64,000 nt of DNA from Squalus acanthias (Eukaryota): the NCBI GenBank assembly GCA_030390025.1, contig CM059432.1, positions 135,782,001 to 135,846,000 on the forward strand, in the 5' to 3' direction. The notes beneath the pieces were generated by a model. It was not told the origin of the DNA. It saw only the letters and a list, made by a program, of their open reading frames with translations, and did no database searches. Position 1 is the stretch's first letter, and each line of letters begins with the position of its first letter. Shown piece after piece: positions 37,727-50,325 of this stretch. The translations under genes and the position numbers were made by a program.

Positions 37727-38097
37727 ATGTATACAACTCTTGCTTGTCCTTGAGCTTCTCCTTCTGGTTGCTGGGGCAGCTGCAAACCCAACTGCCCAGA
37801 CAATGAGGTGCTGCAGCATCAATGCACCTCCCCTTTAAGTAGTGGAATTAGACTGGCCTTGATATTGGTCCACCTGTTGAGCGTTAAGCCAATGAGCAGC
37901 AGTTTTAATGCTGAAATCATAACTATAATCATGCTAATGAAGAGTGAGCATGAATTTTACGTGCTACCTAGACCATTTTCAGGTGGCGCAGCTTAACATC
38001 ATTTGGCCTTAACACCGCCCGTTTCGTGGCTTTATCCAATTTCTAGGCCATTGTTTAGACAGGATAGGGAAGGTAGGAGGGTGGAGTATTTTTTAAA

Positions 38098-38710
38098 TTA
38101 TTAATTCTGGGGATGTGGGTGTCGCTAGCAAGGCCAGCGTTTATTGCCCATCCCTAGTTGCCCTTGAGAAGGTGGTGGCGAGCCTTCTTCTTGAACCACT
38201 GTAGTCTGTGTGGTGAAGGTGCTCCCACAGTGCTGTTAGGGAGGGAGTTTCAGAATTTTGACCCAACGACTATGAAGGAAGAATGATATATTTCCAAGTC
38301 AGGATGGTGTGTGACTTGGAGGGAAACGTGGAAATGATGGTGTTCCAACGCACCTGCTGCCATTATCCTTCTCGGTGGAAGAGGTCGCGGGTTTGGGAGC
38401 TGCTGTTGAAGAAGCCTTGGCGAGTTGCTGCCATGCACCTTGTAGATGGTACACACTGCAGCCATGGTACACCAATGGGGGAGGGGAGTGAATGTTTAAG
38501 GTGGTGGATGGGGTGCCGATCAAGCGTGCTGCTTTGTCCTGGATGGTGTGGAGCTTCTTGAGTGTTGTTGGAGCTGCACTCATCCAGGCAAATGGAGAGT
38601 ATTCCATCACACTCCTTACTTTGCCTTGTAGGTGGTAGAGAGGCTTTTGGGAGTCAGGAGGTGAGCCACAAGCTACAGAATATCCAACCTCTGACCTGGT
38701 CTAGCAGCTG
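38098..38710 (-). mobile_element. Crack/Daphne-like LINE 3' part
   Basis: MEYSPFAWMSAAPTTLKKLHTIQDKAARLIG. Confidence 0.85.
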
Positions 38711-39243
38711 CGGCATTTATGTGCCGTTCCACAGGAAGAGTGTGTACCCTCGATATCAGGCAAGCAGAGTCCTGGTCAAACCTGGCAGTGGGCAGTTGGT
38801 AATTTTTTTTGGTGATTTTGGCCATCTTTGTTAGTAAAGGAATAAAAGTAGTGGAGCGAGGGGATATCGCAACTGGGGAAAGAAACTGGGGGTGATTTTG
38901 AAATGGGCTGGTGGTGGGCAGATCAATCCTGTCTGTCCAGTGTAGCTGGTGAGAGGGTCGGACCATTTTCATGGAAAGGGCAAGCTACCATCGCAATCTG
39001 AGCACTGACGGGCAACTTTCCATTTTGGGAAGTGTTGAAAAATTCCAGAGAGCCCATTTGTTAGAGCCGAGCCGGCAAAATGCTGTTAATGGGGAAGGCC
39101 GGGGGCAGAGGGGTGCGGAGGGAGCGGGGAAGAGGGTTAGCAGACAGGTAAGTGAGTGTTCGGGAGGCTGGGAGCAGTTTTCGGGAGGTGCAGGAGGAGC
39201 AATTATGCTCACTCTGCTGCCAAAACATCTTTGCAAAACCATT

Positions 39244-39965
39244 ACATAAGAACATAAGAAATAGGAGCAGGAGTTGGCCACACGGCCCCTCGAGCCTGCT
39301 CCGCCATTCAATAAAATCATGGCTGATCTTTTACCCAACTCCACTTTCCCACCCAATCCCCATATCCCTTGATTCTCTTAGGCTGCACACCTCTCTTAAG
39401 GCGCAAAGGCCAAGGAGTGAGGCGCTAACTCAGAGCGCTGGCGAAGCTCATGTAATGTCAGTCAGCAATGGAACACACACACAATGGCACGGGCCAGTTC
39501 TTAAAGGGGATGGTTAATCTTGCTTTCCATCCACATCCTGTTCATTGCAGCCTTGAATCTCGGCCTGGAGAGACTTGCACATCAAATGTGCTGGAAAGAA
39601 CAATGGAGAGTACCAGGCAAAGAGCTCAGAGTGCAGCTCCCACAGTCTCTGCTAAATCGATACAAGGAATGGCAAATCAAAATGAACCTGCAAAGTGCTG
39701 CTCAGTACCCAAAACTCCTTCACACAACGTTGAATCTCTCCAGAAGTCTCTCCCTCTCTCTCTCAGAATGCGTAGTTCAAAAATGCCACCAACAATAAAA
39801 GTCAGGAAGAGGCCCCCTTAAAATAGCGCCCCCCCCAGCCCCACAGCGATTGATAGCGTTCCAGTCTTCCGGTCGTTGGAAGTGTCCAAAAATCTATCGA
39901 TCTCTGTCTTGAATATACTCAATGACTGAGCATCTACGGCCCGCTGGGGTATAGAATTCCAAAGA
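39244..39965 (-). mobile_element. CR1 3' tail interrupted by a ~501-bp insert
   Basis: CATATCCCTTGATTCTCTTA | insert | GTGTCCAAAAATCTATCG; the uninterrupted version is at ~24750-24790. Confidence 0.85.
39381..39881 (+). repeat. Duplicated interior of the 26794-27687 element
   Basis: Colinear with 26934-27434 at a constant offset of 12447; near-identical ORF translations at 27021 and 39468. Confidence 0.95.
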
Positions 39966-40309
39966 TTACTTTAATATTTTCCTCACAGACTCCATCGATC
40001 TATTTAAAGGATGCTGGTTTGGCTGCATTCCATTTTGGTCAAAGGGTGGGGCTTAAACTTTGGGAACACCATGCATCGGAGTTCTATCTATGTCATAGGG
40101 CCGCAGTTTGAATGGCCCAATGAGGTTCCCGCCTGTTTGTATCCAGAGCTCTGTCTACCCACTTGAGGCCCGTTCAACCTTGGCAGTGGGCAGGTGGTAA
40201 GTATTTTTTTGTGAATGTGGTCTCTCTATTGCCCCTTTCCCACTGGAAAATGGGGCAATGAAGAGCCCAAAGTGCCCCAACTACAGCTCATCAGAAATAC
40301 CAGAGGGCT

Positions 40310-41300
40310 TCTCGGTCTGAGTTATATCCCGTCAACTCAAGAGAGGGAAATGGATCTGCAGTTGTGTAATTGAATCGCTAAGGTAACCAATGAGAGGAAG
40401 GTAGTAGTTATGGGAGATTTCACTTATCCACTTAAGGTGGGCAAACAAGGGACAGGCACAAGAGATGGAAGGCCCCCAAGAAACATTTATCGATGCAATC
40501 AATGATGCCTTCTTAATTCAGTTTGTGAGGACTAGTCCTAGATGGGATAATATCTTGGATTTAGTGTTTAGTAATGAGCCACAATTGATAAGTGATCTAG
40601 AGGTGAGTGAGCAACTTGCTTATTTGGACCATTTCATTGTAAGATTTAAGGCTGTGATAAGTTTAGGGTTTACTAAAATCTGGTGCCACTTTTCCAAAAG
40701 GCTTGGTTTGAGGACATTGAGAGAGTCCTAATAGTGGTTTAATGGGAGAGGAAGCTGGGTGAGGATTATTGCAACATGCAAAGGAAATGGAAACTCTTTC
40801 AAAAAAAAATATTGAAAGTCTTATATATCCCTATGAGGAGGAGAGTGTACAATGAGAAAAAGCCATAATGTCTTCATGGGGAGTTTGTATGGCAACTTGT
40901 ACTCAAGTAAAACTATTAGAAGGCAGATAAGAGGAGCAATAGTCTTAGATAAAGGTATAAAAAGCAGTTAGCGTTAAAAAAACAGAAATAGCAGACGTGC
41001 TAAAATGAATCTACAAAGGAAAATAGTTGAATGTGGCCAAAATTAAGGGAAAACATTTTTTTTGCTTATGTTAGGAGTCAGAGATTAGAGAGCAAACCAT
41101 TGCAGATTTGGGCAGAATTATAGATGATGACAAGAGCTGAACTGTTTTTGATTGTGAGAGCGTTGGCTCTGCCCTTTGTGTAGCGGATAAAACTAAAACT
41201 CAAAATGGGTTGCTTGCACATCTCCGGGAAATAATGCAACTAAATTGTAGAGGTGTAAAGTGGTAAAAGCACCAGGATTGAATTTATTCCAGGGTCCTGA
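40310..41300 (+). mobile_element. Ancient CR1 endonuclease C-half and linker remnant
   Basis: VVVMGDFTYP; FIDAINDAFLIQFV..NILDLVFSNEP..DHFIVRF. Confidence 0.7.
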
Positions 41301-41900
41301 TGTTGTTGATGTCCGAGTAAATATTTTTAATATTTGACTGAAAATTGGGAACGTGTTGGGTGACTTGGAGGAAGCCACGTATGGTATTGCAGCCTCGTCC
41401 AGAAAATTGTCGGTTGCCAAATAAGGCATGAGGTGAATCGGGCGCTGATGATTACTTAATACGGACGGATATTTCAACTTAAAAATCAAAGTATTTTTAT
41501 CAACATTGCCTTCTGAAACGTTTGCTTTTTTTTTTTAAACTGGTGACCTGAAAGCGGTTCATGAAATATAAATTGAGTTTCAAAAGCAGACATGAAGAAA
41601 TCATCGTTTACACCAGAGACAGTGTAGGTTTAAAAAAAACAAGTATTAGGCTGAGCTTTTCTGACATGTTAACTTTGACAAATAACCATAAAAATTGTTT
41701 GAGTCATTTATGATTTTTTTGGGAGTGTAATCAATAGAGCTAAAAGTAGTAGAGGCCAGACAGTAGTTCCTGGAACAAGAAAACTTCTTTCTCTGATGTT
41801 TGCATTCTGTCTGCTCTTGTGCAATTGTTGGACTGACTGCCAGTAATACATCCCTCATCAGCTGCAGAGTCCGACACTCTGTTGCTCAATCTATTGCAGC

Positions 41901-42290
41901 TAGGGTTGCCAACTCTGGTTGGACGTATTCCTGGAGGTGTCATCACATGACCTCCCACCTTCAACTGCCCCGCCCCCACACTCCTGCCATTGGTCGCCCG
42001 ACACATCCATCCTTGTGGTGCCCCGCCTTCCCACGTTAATTGGAAAGCGAAAAGACTCTTTGTTACCCGATTGGATAATTCTTGACTGTCAGTCAAACAG
42101 CCTTTTTTCCCCCATCTCCAATATTTTTAGAACTAATAAACAGAAGTGTATATTAGAAAATGAAAACAACACACTTTATTTTTAACGCCCCCCCTATGAT
42201 TTTTCTCCGGAGTTGCCCGCAGCAGTGTCCTGGAGATGAACCTTCAATTCCTGGAGACTCCAGGCTGATCCTGGAGGGTTGGCAACACGA
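41901..42290. mobile_element. hAT (Blackjack-like) MITE
   Basis: TIR TAGGGTTGCCAAC / GTTGGCAACACGA; degenerate 8-bp TSD ATTGCAGC / ATTCCAGT. Confidence 0.8.
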
Positions 42291-43739
42291 ATTCCAGTCC
42301 ACACTTCGAGCCAGCCTTGGTTCACTCTCACACAATGGTTCTCTTCCATTGAGTTCTGGCTGGTGTGTTATAAGAATTAGAGTTAGACCAGTTGTAGCAG
42401 GACTGTTTTTTAAAAGAAGAGGAGATGACTGCTAGGATCAGCAAAGCCACTGACATTTCTCTTTTTGGTAATTTTGCACAATGGATTTCCTGTTTTGTTC
42501 TCCTGTTGACTTTGTCAGTCAAACTATCAAGAGCAGAAATCTCATCCTATCCAGGTTTAAAAAAAAGAGCTGGAGGTGAGAAGAGAGAACTGCAACGAAA
42601 AAGCAACAATCAACATGTTTGCTTAATCTTTTGCATGGGATGAGAATTTGCCCTTCATTTATTATGAGTAAAAAGGAAATCCTCCTTTCTCCCGCAGTAT
42701 TTTTACTGTTGAATGCATAAAGGTCAGAACTGCCTGCTGGTTAATCTGTTAACCTATGTTTGGTGGAAATGTGACCCGGCTACTGTGGTGATTAACAGAG
42801 TCAGATATCCTCACATTAACTAGTGAACTTGGCGATCGGGCAGGATTATTGTTACATTCAATTAACATTACAGTGGCACAACAGCTTCCAAGGTATTTAG
42901 TAACAAATTTCACAACCACCTCGCAGAAAATGAATAGCATATCTAGGGAGAAGTGGGGGTGGGGGGAGGGAGGAGAAAAAAAGCATTTCACGATCATTAT
43001 GGAAAATTTATGGAGTCCAGCTGGCATAAAATAAATACAATTTGCATAAAAGCGTAAAATGGAGCTGGAATGGACTGGTCTGGCAAGAAAGTACGTACGT
43101 TCTGCCTGATGTTTATGAATTATTACTTTGTTATGAACTATTTACTCTTTGACATGAGTTGGGTCACGAAAATTTGATCTGAAGGTGATTTTATAGCAAT
43201 TACCAAATAACCCCTTAGTCACGAAACCCGGCAAGCAAAACCAGATAAGCAGGGGTGAAGTTAGCTCTTCACCCAGTGCTGTGGCTGCAATGGGAATAAT
43301 CCTATAGACAGACAGTTAAAATGTGTCACACTGTACTGTGGAAACATTGGCACAAAGCTTTCCAATAAAGGAATGAAACCACTTTATTTAAAGCATTTGC
43401 CTTCCACTTTTGTCTGAAAGGGTACCACTGTACCAGAGAGACTTGAAGTAATATTCCAGGAACAGTAAGCAACACCTAAGGCTTTTCTTTTTGGATGGGG
43501 AGACAATGGGATTTCAATAAGAACCGTAGATTTTTTTAAAGAGCTTAATTCGGTGTTCTCTAATATAATTTATTCCTTGATCAGGGCTTTTTTTTCCCTG
43601 TAAGCTAAGTCTACACCCTGATTATTTTCCACTGGAGGATGCACATAATCTGCCCGTTCTTTGTCATGTACTCTCCAATGTTTCAGTTTTAATATCACAA
43701 TAGCCTTTCAATAGAGTTATTATTGGGGCACCTGGATGC

Positions 43740-44895
43740 ATACCTCTTTCGCATTTCTCCTTGCATTCTTATCTATGCTTTTGTCATCCCTAGACTTCAT
43801 TACTTCGATGCATTCCTTGCTCTCCTGGCCGGCCTCCCACCTTGCACCCTCCGTAAACTTCAGCTCATCCAAATCTCTGCTGCCCGTATCCCAATTCGCA
43901 CCAAGTCTCGTTCACCCATCATCCCCTGTGCTCTCTGACCTACATTGGCTCCTGGTCCAGCAACGTCTCGAATTTAAAATCCTCCTCCTTGTCTTACTCC
44001 AGTTATATAGGGCCTTGGTGAGATCACACCTGGAGTACTGGGTACAATTTAGGTCTCCTTACCTAAGGAAGGATATACTTGCCATAGAGGGAGTGCAACG
44101 AGGGTTCACGAGATTGATTCCTGGGATGGCGGGACTGTCGTATGAGAAGAGATTGAGTAAACTAGGCCTGTATTCTCTTGAATTCAGAAGAATGAGAGGG
44201 GATCTCATTGAAGCATACAAAATTATTACAGGGCTTGATAGGGTGGATGCTGGGAGAATGTTTCCCTTGGCTGGGGAGTCTAGAACCAGGGGCCACAGCC
44301 TCAGGATAAAGGGTAGGCCATTCAGGACTGAGATGAGAATAAATTTCTTCACACAGAGGGTGGTGAATCTTTGGAATTCTCTACCCCAGAGGGCTGTGGA
44401 GGCTCAGTCATTGGGTATATTCAAAACAGAAGTCGATAGATTTCTGACTAGTAAGGGCATGAAGGGATATGGCGATAACGCCGGTGAATGGAGTTGAGGC
44501 AGAAGATCAGCCATGATCTCATTGAATAGCGGAGCAGGCTCGAAGGGCCGAATGGCCTACTCCTGCTCCTATTTCTTATATTCTTATGTTCTAATCCCTC
44601 CATGGCCTCGCCCCTCCCTACCTCTGTAACCTCCTCCAGCTGGCAGCCGTGCCTTTAGCTGCCGAGGCCGTGAGCTCTGGAATTCCCTCCCTAAACCTCT
44701 CCGCCTCTCCACCTCTCTCTCCTTCTTTAAGTCGCTCCTTAAAGCCTACCTCTTGGACCAAGCTTTTGTTCACCTGTCCTAATATCTCCTTATGTGGCTC
44801 GGTGTCAAATTTTGTCTGAATACACTCTGGTGAAGCGCCTTGGGACGTTTTACTATGTTAACCGGGCTATGCAAATGCAAGTTGTTGTTGTTGTT
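43740..44895 (+). mobile_element. L2 3' end split by CR1 (43991-44592)
   Basis: The chimeric ORF 43736-44497 joins L2 (LSDLHWLLV) to CR1 (LYRALVRSHLEY..RGDLIEAYK..VNLWNSLP). Confidence 0.9.
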
Positions 44896-45770
44896 GTATT
44901 ACTTTTAATGGCCAGAAAATCATGGGCAGCGTGCTCCAGACAGATGAAGCTGATCGTTGCGAGTCCAACTTCATAAAACTGGCTCTTTGATGTCGGAAAA
45001 AGTGAAGAAATGGTGAAAAATGCCAATTTTGAAAAAATATTTCAAACTTGAAATTTAGCTGGAAATCTGTATTATCAGTAAAATAATATGTGTATCAGCA
45101 AAATGTACCACAGATAATAAGTATGACTTCGCGTATGAAGCAGCGAGGCAAAACCTGTCAACAATTATGAGGGAAATTGAAAATTTAAATGATAAAATTG
45201 CTGTAAACAGAACAGATGATTTATCCTATTAAAAGTTCTAAAGCACAAGATCAAAGACATTTCTTTTCAAACAAATGGATGTGTCACCTTTATGTTCTAT
45301 ATTACGTGGCATAACAACAGGGTGCAGCTGGAGAAAAACATAGCGATCGTAACAAGAACAAACGTCCCCAGAAATTAACTGGTGGTCCCTGGGAGCAGAG
45401 AGAACGATTTGCAGAACTTGTGCTGGGCACCGATGGGCAAGTCACATAAATCTCCATAATCTAATGCATATACTCCAGCAACCCTGAATGCATTGAAATC
45501 TTGCGTAATGTAAGTGTAATGTGCTAAAATTGATCACAGCGCCCTGGGTTAGGGAGAGGCTTTCAAAGAATCTTCCAGACTAATGTATGAAAGAAATGAA
45601 GACTTGCATTTATATAGCGCCTTTCATGACCTCAGGATATCCCAAAGTGCTTTAAAAAAGGACTTAGAACATAGAACATAGAACAGTACAGCACAGTACA
45701 GGCCCTTCGGCCCTCGATGTTGTGCCGAGCATTGTCCGAAACCACGATCAAGCTATAAAACATAGAACAT

Positions 45771-46478
45771 AAACTTGCATTTATATAGCGCCTTTTACAA
45801 CCTCAGGACATCCCAAAGCACTTTACAGCCAATTAAGTACTTTTGAAGCGTAGTCACTGTTGTAATGTAGGAAACACGGCAGCCAATCTGCGCACAGCAA
45901 GCTCCCGCAAACAGCAATGTGATAATGACCAGATGATCTGCTTCAATCATCTTGATTGAGGGATAAATATTGGCCGAGGACACTGAGGAATACTCCCCCC
46001 CTGTTCTTCTTTGAAATAGTGCCATGGGATCTGTTACATCCACCTGAGAGGGCAGACGGGGCCTCGGTTTAATGTCTCATCCGAAAGATTCTGAGGCAGA
46101 TTGACAGGGTAGATGCTGAGAGGTTGTTTCCCCTGGCAGGAGAGTCTAAGACTAGGGGGCAGAGTCTCAGGATAAGGGGTCGGACATTTAAGACTGAGAT
46201 GAGGAGGGATTTCTTCACTCAGGGTTGTGAATCTCTGGAATTCTCTACCCCTAATGGCTGGGGATGCTGAATCGTTGAGTATATTCAAGGCTGAGATAGA
46301 TAGATTTTTGGACTCATGGGGAATCGAGGGATATGGGGATTGGGCAGGGAAAGTGGAGTTGAGATTGAAGATCAGCCATGATCTTATTGAATGGCAGAGC
46401 AGGCTCGAGGGGCGTATGGCCGACTCCTGCTACTAGTTCTTATGTTCTTAAGTGCAGCACTCCCTCAGTACCACACTG
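45771..46478 (-). mobile_element. DeuSINE split by CR1 3' fragment (46091-46450, + strand)
   Basis: The Deu domain breaks after CATCCGAAAGA and resumes at AGTGCAGCACTCCCTCAG. Confidence 0.85.
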
Positions 46479-47137
46479 ATCTGATAATGGATAATTAAAC
46501 ATTCACATCTCATAGTGAAGCCACCAGGGGTCTTCTGAAGGCAGCTTCCCATGGCAAGAGGAGCATCCACCAGCACAACATCTGCCCAAGTGAGGTCAGA
46601 TCACCTTCCTATGCAGATGTGAGGGTGCGGGTCCTGGCGAGAGGGAATAAAGCATTTCTCTGGTAGCCAGACCTGCCTGCCTGCCCACTCCCCTGCCCCT
46701 CCCCTTCCCAGGTTGCATAGAATTACATAGAATTTACAGCACAGAAACAGACCAACTGGTCAATGCCAATGTTCATGCTCCACACGAGCCCACTCCTCTT
46801 CATCTCACCCTATCAACATATCCTTCTATTCCTTTCTCCCTCATGTACTTATCTAGCTTCCCCTTAAATTCATCTATGGTTTTCCTTTTTCTCTAAACAT
46901 GCCAGCTTGGAGAATTTCCATTGGCAAACGTACTGGTGCCAGTAAAGAGATCTGTCAGCAAAAGCAAGAAATAATTAACAACAACTGCCACAAATCCTCC
47001 TGAGAGCCCAAGTGCCAGCAGTAAATAGAAAACACAAAAAAGATTAACAACAAGGGCTCAGAAATAAGTTAGGAATCAGTCACCTTTGAAATCTGTGGGA
47101 TTTTTAAAAGCTCTCCCCACCTGAAACTCTTAAAAAA

Positions 47138-48477
47138 AAGAAAGACTTGCATTTCTATAGCGCCTTTCACAACCTCAGGACATCCCAAAGCGCTTTACAG
47201 CCAATGATGTACTTTTGAAGTGTAGTCACTGTTGTAATGTGGGAAACGCGGCAGCCAATTTGCACACAGCAAGCTCCCACAAACAACAATGAGATAATGA
47301 CCAGATCATCTGTTTTTGTGATGTTGATTGAAGGCCCAACCATCTTCAGCTGCTTCATCAATGACCTTCCCTCCAACATAAGGTCAGAAATGGGGTTGTT
47401 CGCTGATGACGGCACAGTGTTCAGTGCCATTCACAACTCCTCAGATAATGAAGCAGTCCATGCCCGCATGCAACAAGACCTGGATGACGTTCAAGGCTTG
47501 GGCTGATAAGTGGCAGGTGACATTCATGCCACAGAAGTGCCAGAAGCAATGACTATCTCCAACAAGTGAGCATCTAACCACCGCCCCTTGATATTCAACG
47601 GCATTACCATCGCCGAATCCCCCACCATCAACATCCTGGGGGTCACTATTGACCAGAAATTAACTGTGGCAACAAGAGCAGGTTAGAGGCTAGGTATTCT
47701 GCGGCGAGTGTCTCACCTCCTGACTCCCCAAAGCCTTTCCACCATCTACAAGGCACAAGTAAGGAGTGTGATGGAATACTCTCCACTTGCCTGGATTTGT
47801 GCAGCTCCAACAACACTCAAGAAGCTCGACACCATCCAGGACAAAGCAGCCCGTTTGATTGGCACTCCATCCACCACCTTAAACGTTCACTCCCTCCACC
47901 ACCGGCGCACCGTGGCTACAGTGTGTACCATCTACAAGATGCACTGCAGCAACTTGCCAAGGCTTCTTCGGCAGCACCTCTCAATCCTGTGACCTCTTCC
48001 ACCTAGAAGGACAAGGGCAGCAGGTCCATGGGAACACCACCACCTCCAAGTTCCCCTCCAAGTCACACACCATCCTGACTTAGAAGTATATCGCCGATCC
48101 TTCATCGTCGCTGGGTCATAATCCTGGAACTCCCTACTTAACAGCACTGTAGGAGTACCTTCACCACATGGACTGCAGCGGTTCAAGAAGGCGGCTCACC
48201 ACCACCTTCTCAAGGGCAACTAGGGATGGGCAATAAATGCTGGCCTTGCCAGCGACGCCCACATCCCATAAACGAATAAAAATAAAAATAAATAAATAAA
48301 TAAATATTGGCCAGGACACCAAGGATAACTCCCCTGCTCTTCTTCGAAATAGTGCCATGGGATCTTTTACGTCCACCTGAGAGAGCAGACGGGACCTCGG
48401 TTTAATCTCTCATCTGAAAGACGCCACCTCTGATAGTGCAACACTCCCTCAGCACTGCACTGGAGTGTCAGCCTAGA
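47138..48477 (-). mobile_element. DeuSINE split by LINE insertion
   Basis: Breaks at GATGTTGATTGA and resumes at ATAAATATTGGCCAGG (~48300). Confidence 0.85.
47333..48298 (+). mobile_element. Crack/Daphne-like LINE, RT C-terminal part plus tail
   Basis: GPTIFSCFINDLP..LFADD; TIYKAQVRSVMEYSPLAW; A-rich tail. Confidence 0.88.
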
Positions 48478-48494
48478 AAGCCCGATTGTTTTTT

Positions 48495-50142
48495 CTTTCT
48501 TTATCCATTCTTGAGATATGGGTGTCACTGGCAAATCCGGCATTTATTGCCCATCCCTTGTACAACGGAGTTGCTTTATAGGTCCCTTCAAGGGCAATTA
48601 AGAGTCAACCACGTTGGCGTGGAACTGGAGTCACATAAAGGACAGAATGGGTTGAAGCAGCTGGGGTCCTTCCCTAAAGGACATTAGCAGCATGGATTTC
48701 TTAAGGGAAGGTTGTGTCTGACTAACTTGATTGAATTTTTTGAGAAGTTAGTGATGTATGGATTTTAGCAAGGCTTTTGACAAGGTCCCACATATCGGAT
48801 TGGTCAGAAAAGTAAAAGCCCATAGGAGCCAAGGGAATGTGGCAAGTTGGATCCAAAATTGGCTCAGTGGCAGGAAGCAAAGGGTATTGGTTGACAGGTG
48901 TTTTTGTGACTGGAAGGCTGTTTCCAGTCGGGTTCCGCAGGGCTCAGTACTAGGTCCCTTGCTTCTTGTGGTATATATCAATGATTTAGACTTTATTGTA
49001 GAGGGCATTATTAAGAAGTTTGCAGATGATACAAAAATTGGCCGTGTGGTTGATAGTGAAGAAGAAAGCTGCAGACTGCAGGAAGATATCAATGGACTGG
49101 TCAGGTGGGCAGAAAAGTGACAAATGGAATTCAATCCAGAGAAGTGTGAGGTAATGCATTTGCGGAGGGCTACAAGGCAAGGGGATACACAATAAATGGT
49201 AGGATACTGAGAAGTGTAGAGGAACAGAGGGACCTTGGAGTGCATGTCCACTGATCCCTGAAGCTGGCAGGACAGGTAGATAAGGTGGTTAAGAAGGCAT
49301 ACGGATATTTGTCTTTATTAGCTGAGGCATAGAATATAAGAGCAGGGAGGTTATGCTTGAACTGTATTAAACACTAGTTAGGCCACAGCTAGAGCCACAT
49401 AACTGCATACAGTTATGGCCACCACAGTACAGGAAAGGTGTGATTGCACTAGAGAGGATGCAGAAGAGATTTACGAGGATGTTGCCAGGACTGGAGAATG
49501 CTAGCTATGAGGAAAGATTGGATAGACTGGGGTTGTTTTCTTTGGAACAAAGGAGGCTGAGGGGAGACTTAATTGAGGTGTATAAAATGATGAGGGACCT
49601 AGATAGAGTGGATAGGAAGGACCTATTTCCCTTAGCAGAGAGGTCAAAAACCAGGGGGCATAAATTTAAAGTAATTGGTAGAAGATAAAAGGGAAGTTGA
49701 GGAGAACTTTTTTACCCAGAGGTTGATGGGGGTCTGGAACTCACTGCCTGAAAGGATGATAGAGGCAGAAACCCTCATTGCATTTAAAAGGTACTTGGAT
49801 ATGCATTTGAAATGCCATAACCTACAGGGTTATGGACCAAGAGGTGGTAAGTGGTATTAGGTTGGATAGCTCTTTTCGGTCTGCACAGGCACGATGGGCC
49901 GAATGGCCTCCTTCTGTGCCATAAATTTCTATGATTCTATGATTAGTGAACCAGTTGGGTTTTTGCGACAATCCAACAACTTCATGGTCACTTTTACTGA
50001 TACCAGCTTTTTATTTGCAGATTTATCCAACTGAATTCAAATTGAAATTCTGAAACTGCCATGGTGGGCTTTGAATTTATGTTCTGTCTAGATTATTAGC
50101 CCAGGTTTCTGGTTTACTTGTCTGGTCACATAACCACTACGC
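48495..50142 (-). mobile_element. tRNA-derived SINE with Crack-like tail, split by CR1
   Basis: Head at ~50140 (reverse GCGTAGTGGTTATGTGAC). The tail CATTTATTGCCCATCCCT is shared with the Crack-like LINE. ATTAG flanks the CR1 insert. Confidence 0.7.
48688..49941 (+). mobile_element. CR1 LINE, RT domain to tail (pseudogenised)
   Basis: MDFSKAFDKVPH..VPQGSVLGPLL..YINDLD..KFADDTKIG; ATTCTATG tail repeats. Confidence 0.93.
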
Positions 50143-50231
50143 TTCTGGGGACTAGGCCTCCAGCATTCTGATGGGGCCATGAGATGGAACAGCATCCTTC
50201 TCTGCCCCTTTTGAACAACTTCATGAAGCTC

Positions 50232-50325
50232 GTCGAAAGGTCATCGACCTGAAACGTTAACTCTCTTTCTCTCTCCACGGATGCTGCCTGACCTGCTGAG
50301 TTTTTCCAGCGTTTTCTGTTGTTAT
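50232..50325 (+). mobile_element. 94-bp Penelope terminal fragment with 12-bp TSD
   Basis: TTCATGAAGCTC at 50220-50231 and 50326-50337; the insert is the 3' half of the hammerhead plus the Penelope end. Confidence 0.8.

Larger units (their letters stand above)
34383..38049. mobile_element. PIF/Harbinger DNA transposon, full two-gene structure (inactive)
   Basis: TIR GGGCTAAAAATTCGG / CCAATTTCTAGGCC, TSD ATT on both sides, and convergent transposase and Myb genes. Confidence 0.93.

Noticed and set aside
39778..39881. Diversity-generating retroelement template/variable repeat pair (27331-27434 vs 39778-39881)
   Set aside because: Mismatches affect all four bases (about 11 T, 7 C, 5 A, 5 G in the upstream copy) and are not adenine-specific. 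There is no DGR-type RT or target gene, and the context is vertebrate.
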